The notes below the pieces were generated by a model that was not told the origin of the DNA, searched no databases, and was given only the letters and a program-made list of their open reading frames with translations. The position numbers were made by a program, and so were the translations under genes. This document shows, one piece after another, positions 19,973-27,540 of a stretch of 27,540 bases of DNA (the stretch's first letter is position 1; each line of letters opens with the position of its first letter). This DNA comes from a virus (Duplodnaviria; Heunggongvirae; Uroviricota; Caudoviricetes), in the IMG/VR virus record IMGVR_UViG_2585427737_000003; one strand, written 5' to 3'.

Positions 19973-20578
19973 TTACACTGGTGTGTTCAGCAAATCGTTA
20001 ACGGCATCAGATGCCGGGTTACCTGTAGCCAGCGGTGCCGGTGCCCCCTGCATCAGACGATCCAGCGCAGTGTCACTGCGCGCCTGTGCACTCTGTGGTG
20101 CAGCTGCCAGAATGCGGCGGGCCGTTTCCACGGTCATACCGGGGGTTTCTGCCAGCACGCGGGCCTGTTCTTCGCGTCCGTGAGCCTCCTCACAGTTGAG
20201 GATCCCCATAATGCGGCTGTTTTCTGCCGCAACCGCTGCAGTGATCTGCGCGTTCACGTCCGGCTGCGCCGCGCTGGCGTTTTCGCCCTCCGTCGCTGGC
20301 ACCACGTCAGTAACGTCAGTCTGCGAAGCAGTGGCTGAAACAGTTGTTGATTGAGTCTCTTTGGTCATTCGCCCTCCTGAGAGACGGGATTTATGTGCAT
20401 CCAGTGCATCACGCATGACGGTGATCGCATCGGTGCTGTTAACAAGTTCATCAGCCAGTCCGGCATCAATGGCCTCCTGACCGCTGTACACTGCAGCCTC
20501 GGTATCCAGCACAGCCTGCACAGACAGGCCGGTATATGCCGACACCTTCTGCGCAAACATCTGGCGGGTTGCGTCCAT
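19973..20578 (-). CDS. Nu3: Scaffolding protein Nu3 (nested in-frame in the 3' part of C)
   Basis: Internal in-frame ATG at 20576-20578 (MDATRQMFAQKVSAYTGLSVQ...) about 201 codons before the C stop, consistent with the lambda C/Nu3 arrangement as I recall it. Confidence 0.55.
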   Translation of the reverse strand: MDATRQMFAQKVSAYTGLSVQAVLDTEAAVYSGQEAIDAGLADELVNSTDAITVMRDALDAHKSRLSGGRMTKETQSTTVSATASQTDVTDVVPATEGENASAAQPDVNAQITAAVAAENSRIMGILNCEEAHGREEQARVLAETPGMTVETARRILAAAPQSAQARSDTALDRLMQGAPAPLATGNPASDAVNDLLNTPV

Positions 20579-21272
20579 CCGGGACTGCAGTGTCTCCCGG
20601 ACGTCATCCGGAAGATGGCTGTAAGGATTGCCATCCACCTTATGGCTGCCGCTGTAAATCAGCGTGATTTCCACACCCTGTTTCTCCAGGGCAGCACCGT
20701 AATTACTGTGAGCCATCATGACGCCGATGGAGCCTGTCCGGGCGGTCTGCGTGACCAGACGCCGGGAGGCGGCACTGGCAAGCAGCTGACCTGCACTGCA
20801 GTTCATGTCGTTGGCCAGCGCCCATACCGGTTTTATGTCACGCACACGGGCGATGATGTCAGCGCAGTCAAATGCCCCCGCCACCATTCCGCCTGGCGTG
20901 TCCATATCGAGCAGAATGCCGTCCACCATCGGGTCGCTGGCAGCCTGTTGCAGACGGGCGATAATGCCGTTGTAACCGGTCATCCCCGAGTACGGCTGCA
21001 GCGCCCGCGTCCGGCTGACCAGCGTGCCGGACACCGGCAGCACGGCGATGCCGTTCATGACCTGATAACTGCGGGCCTGTCGTGGTCCGTCATCATCACC
21101 GGATAACGCCAGCGTCGCGAGTGTCTCCTGGGCAGTCAGGCTGTCACCGGACACCGCATCCGTCAGGCGGCTGATCCCAAGCTGGCCTGCAAGCGCACAA
21201 AAGAAAACCCGCGCATAGGCGGGTTCAAGCATCAGCGGCTCATTAAAGGCCATGCTGGCAATATGCGGGAGA

Positions 21273-21292
<20 letters not shown>
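19973..21292 (-). CDS. C: Capsid assembly protease C
   Basis: (V)TAELRNLPHIASMAFNEPLMLEPAYARVFFCALAGQLG..., 439 aa from a GTG at 21290-21292 preceded by ggaggag; the ORF track's longer upstream extension overlaps B and is not used. Confidence 0.9.
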
Positions 21293-24973
<3,681 letters not shown>

Positions 24974-24999
<26 letters not shown>

Positions 25000-25519
25000 T
25001 CAGCAACCCCGGTATCAGTTCATCCAGCGCGGCTGCTTTGTTCATGGCTTTGATGATATCCCGTTTCAGGAAATCAACATGTCGGTTTTCCAGTTCCGGA
25101 AAACGCCGCTGCACCGACAGGGGGATCCCGTCGAGAATACTGGCAATTTCACCTGCGATCCGCGACAACACGAAAGTACAGAATGCGGTTTCCACCACTT
25201 CAGCGGAGTCTCTGGCATTCTTCAGTTCCTGTGCGTCGGCCTGCGCACGCGTAAGTCGATGGCGTTCGTACTCAATAGTCCCTGGCTGGAGATCTGCCTC
25301 GCTGGCCTGCCGCAGTTCTTCAACCTCCCGGCGCAGCTTTTCGTTCTCAATTTCAGCATCCCTTTCGGCATACCATTTTATGACGGCGGCAGAGTCATAA
25401 AGCACCTCATTACCCTTGCCACCGCCTCGCAGAACGGGCATTCCCTGTTCCTGCCAGTTCTGAATGGTACGGATACTCGCACCGAAAATGTCAGCCAGCT
25501 GCTTTTTGTTGACTTCCAT
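24974..25519 (-). CDS. Nu1: Terminase small subunit Nu1
   Basis: 181 aa MEVNKKQLADIFGASIRTIQNWQEQGMPVLRGGGKGNEVLYDSAAVIKWYAERD..., matches lambda Nu1; 3' end overlaps A. Confidence 0.9.
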
Positions 25520-25770
25520 TGTTCATTCCACGGACAAAAACAGAGAAAGGAAACGACAGAGGCCAAAAAGCCCGTTTTCAGCACCTGTCGTTTCCTTTCT
25601 TTTCAGGGGGTGTTTTAAATAAAAACATTAAGTTACGACGAAGAAGAACGGAAACGCCTTAAACCGGAAAATTTTCATAAATAGCGAAAACCCGAGAGGT
25701 CGCCGCCCCGTAACCTGTCGGATCGCCGGAAAGGACCCGCAAAATGATAATAATTATCATCTGCATGTCA
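25520..25770. other. cos region (cosB - cosN - cosQ) with the two genome ends joined; 12 nt cohesive-end sequence aggtcgccgccc at 25697-25708
   Basis: Reverse complement of the lambda cohesive end GGGCGGCGACCT found at 25697-25708, flanked on one side by the Nu1-proximal region and on the other by ...cgtaacctgtcggatc... resembling the lambda right end. Confidence 0.8.
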
Positions 25771-25907
25771 CAACGTGCATCTACGCCATCAAACCACGTC
25801 AAATAATCAATTATGACGCAGGTATCGTATTAATTGATCTGCATCAACTTAACGTAAAAACAACTTCAGACAATACAAATCAGTGACACTGAATACAGGG
25901 CAACCTC

Positions 25908-26141
25908 ATGTCAACGAAGAACAGAACCCGCAGAACAACAACCCGCAACATCCGCTTTCCTAACCAAATGATTGAACAAATTAACATCGCTCTTGATCAA
26001 AAAGGGTCCGGGAATTTCTCAGCCTGGGTCATTGAAGCCTGCCGCCGGAGACTGTGCTCAGAAAAAAGAGTTTCTCCTGAAGCAAACAAAGAAAAGAGTG
26101 ACATTACTGAATTGCTCAGAAAACAGATCAGACCAGATTGA
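25908..26141 (+). CDS. Small basic protein, putative ribbon-helix-helix DNA-binding fold (conserved ORF near the lambda right end)
   Basis: 77 aa MSTKNRTRRTTTRNIRFPNQMIEQINIALDQKGSGNFSAWVIEACRRRL...; Arg-rich N-terminus followed by a strand-helix-helix-like pattern; product assignment is tentative. Confidence 0.55.
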   Translation: MSTKNRTRRTTTRNIRFPNQMIEQINIALDQKGSGNFSAWVIEACRRRLCSEKRVSPEANKEKSDITELLRKQIRPD

Positions 26142-26199
26142 AGCAATTTAGATAATCGTGCAGACTACGCCCCCCTCATATCACATGGAAGGTTTATCT

Positions 26200-26610
26200 A
26201 TGGATCAGGTAGTCATTTTTAAACAAATATTTGATAAAGTTCGAAACGATTTAAACTATCAATGGTTTTATTCTGAGCTAAAACGTCATAATGTCTCACA
26301 TTACATTTACTATTTAGCCACAGAGAATGTTCATATTGTATTAAAAAATGATAATACAGTGTTATTAAAGGGCCTAAAAAACATTGTGTCTGTCAAATTT
26401 TCAAAGGATAGGCATCTTATAGAAACGACCTCTAATAAGCTGAAATCCAGAGAGATCACATTTCAGGAATACAGAAGAAACCTTGCTAAAGCAGGAGTTT
26501 TTCGGTGGGTTACAAATATCCACGAACAAAAAAGATATTACTATGCCTTTGATAATTCATTACTCTTTACTGAAAACATACAGAGCACATCACAAATGTT
26601 TCCACACTAA
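26200..26610 (+). CDS. Hypothetical protein, YbcV/DUF1398-like (conserved between the lysis region and cos in lambdoid phages)
   Basis: [61 protein letters not shown]...; start placed at the second ATG (26200), which has a ggaagg RBS; the ORF track begins at 26158. Confidence 0.6.
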   Translation: MDQVVIFKQIFDKVRNDLNYQWFYSELKRHNVSHYIYYLATENVHIVLKNDNTVLLKGLKNIVSVKFSKDRHLIETTSNKLKSREITFQEYRRNLAKAGVFRWVTNIHEQKRYYYAFDNSLLFTENIQSTSQMFPH

Positions 26611-26942
26611 ACCATAACGTCCGGTTTCTTCTACCCCTGCACCGGACTGGCTGACATGAAGAGCAACCCCGCGTTCAGTTGACGCGTTAATAACCCGGTG
26701 TGCATCGTTTTTGATTATTCCCGCACACTCACGCAGAAGGAATTCCCCGTCGGGCTACGGTCATGGTTAATGCGGGAATACGGCGACGATACAGCGCATG
26801 ATGTGTCAGGCTTGAATACCTTTATCCGTTAAAAGGGATATCAGTTAAGTTATCCCGTGCAGGGTATAAGCCATTATCAAGCCCCCCGTAGATAGGCTTT
26901 GTAATGACATCTTCAATTAATCAGCAGTTCAGGCTGTGTCAC

Positions 26943-27540
26943 CGTAAGCGACTCGTCAGAACCGTATTGATATTTACTGAGAGCTCAGATCAACTTTCCA
27001 GGGCAACAGATCGCGTACCCGGTTTGCCGGCCAGTCCTGGATATGTTCAATGACGTAACGCAGCCACTTTTCTGGCTCCACATTGTTCAGACGGCATGTG
27101 CCGATCAGCGAGTACAACACCGCCGCATGTTCACCACCGCTGTCGGAACCCGCGAACATCCAGTTTTTCCGGCCTACGGCCACTCCCCGTAAGGCGTTCT
27201 CTGCGATGTTGTTGTCGATTTCCACCCAGCCATTACTGCAGTACACGTTCAGTGCATCCCACTGTTTCAGCAGGTATGCGAACGCTTTTGCCGTATCTGA
27301 GTGACGCGACAGTGTTTTCATCTGTTGCTGTATCCAGTCATACAGTGACTGCATCAGTGGCGCGGCTCTGGCTTTTCTTGCCGCCAGACGCTGTTCTGCT
27401 GAACAGCCCCGGACCTCTGCCTCGATGGCATACAGTTCACCGATACGCTGCAGGGCTTCCGTGGTGATGTCGGTGGGCGCTCTTGCATGCACATCGTGGA
27501 TTTTTCTCCGGGCATGAGCCATACACGCGGCTTCCGTTAT
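26943..27540 (-). mobile_element. IS66-family insertion sequence, partial (outer end near 26943 with GTAAGCG terminus; continues beyond the window)
   Basis: IS66-family transposase C-terminus encoded on the minus strand; gtaagcg motif at 26943-26949 resembles the conserved IS66-family terminal repeat start. Confidence 0.7.
26974..27540 (-). CDS. IS66-family transposase (TnpC-like), C-terminal portion; N-terminus outside window
   Basis: ...[128 protein letters not shown]..., typical of IS66-family transposases; reading frame is open to the window edge. Confidence 0.75.
   Translation of the reverse strand: MTEAACMAHARRKIHDVHARAPTDITTEALQRIGELYAIEAEVRGCSAEQRLAARKARAAPLMQSLYDWIQQQMKTLSRHSDTAKAFAYLLKQWDALNVYCSNGWVEIDNNIAENALRGVAVGRKNWMFAGSDSGGEHAAVLYSLIGTCRLNNVEPEKWLRYVIEHIQDWPANRVRDLLPWKVDLSSQ

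Noticed and set aside
20393-21106. 237 aa ORF antisense to C/Nu3, and similar antisense ORFs within B (22440-22880), A (23368-23844), H (12345-13010, 13691-14269) and Nu1 (25079-25618)
   Set aside because: All overlap well-supported lambda late genes on the opposite strand and lack RBS or motif support

Overview
This window is almost entirely the late (head and tail morphogenesis) module of a phage-lambda-like prophage, lying on the minus strand in canonical lambda order: Nu1-A-W-B-C/Nu3-D-E-FI-FII-Z-U-V-G/T-H-M-L-K-I-J-lom-stf-tfa. The cos site is contiguous (right and left genome ends joined), which indicates a prophage or circular form rather than virion DNA. All assignments come from my reading of the translated ORFs against lambda proteins recalled from memory; no database search was run. 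Two genes appear broken in this sequence: the tail assembly chaperone G and the C-terminus of the side tail fibre stf. The J tip protein keeps a lambda-like N-terminus but has a divergent C-terminal domain. The lambda-like block is bracketed by insertion sequences: a partial IS1 at the left edge and an IS66-family element at the right edge where bor and the lysis genes would be expected. Between IS1 and tfa, in the slot lambda uses for its b region, sits a strongly AT-rich gene for a membrane-anchored GGDEF diguanylate cyclase. I found no CRISPR array, tRNA, rRNA or att core. I see no clearly novel multi-gene system here; the best candidates for follow-up are the GGDEF cargo gene, the divergent J domain and the evidence of prophage decay.
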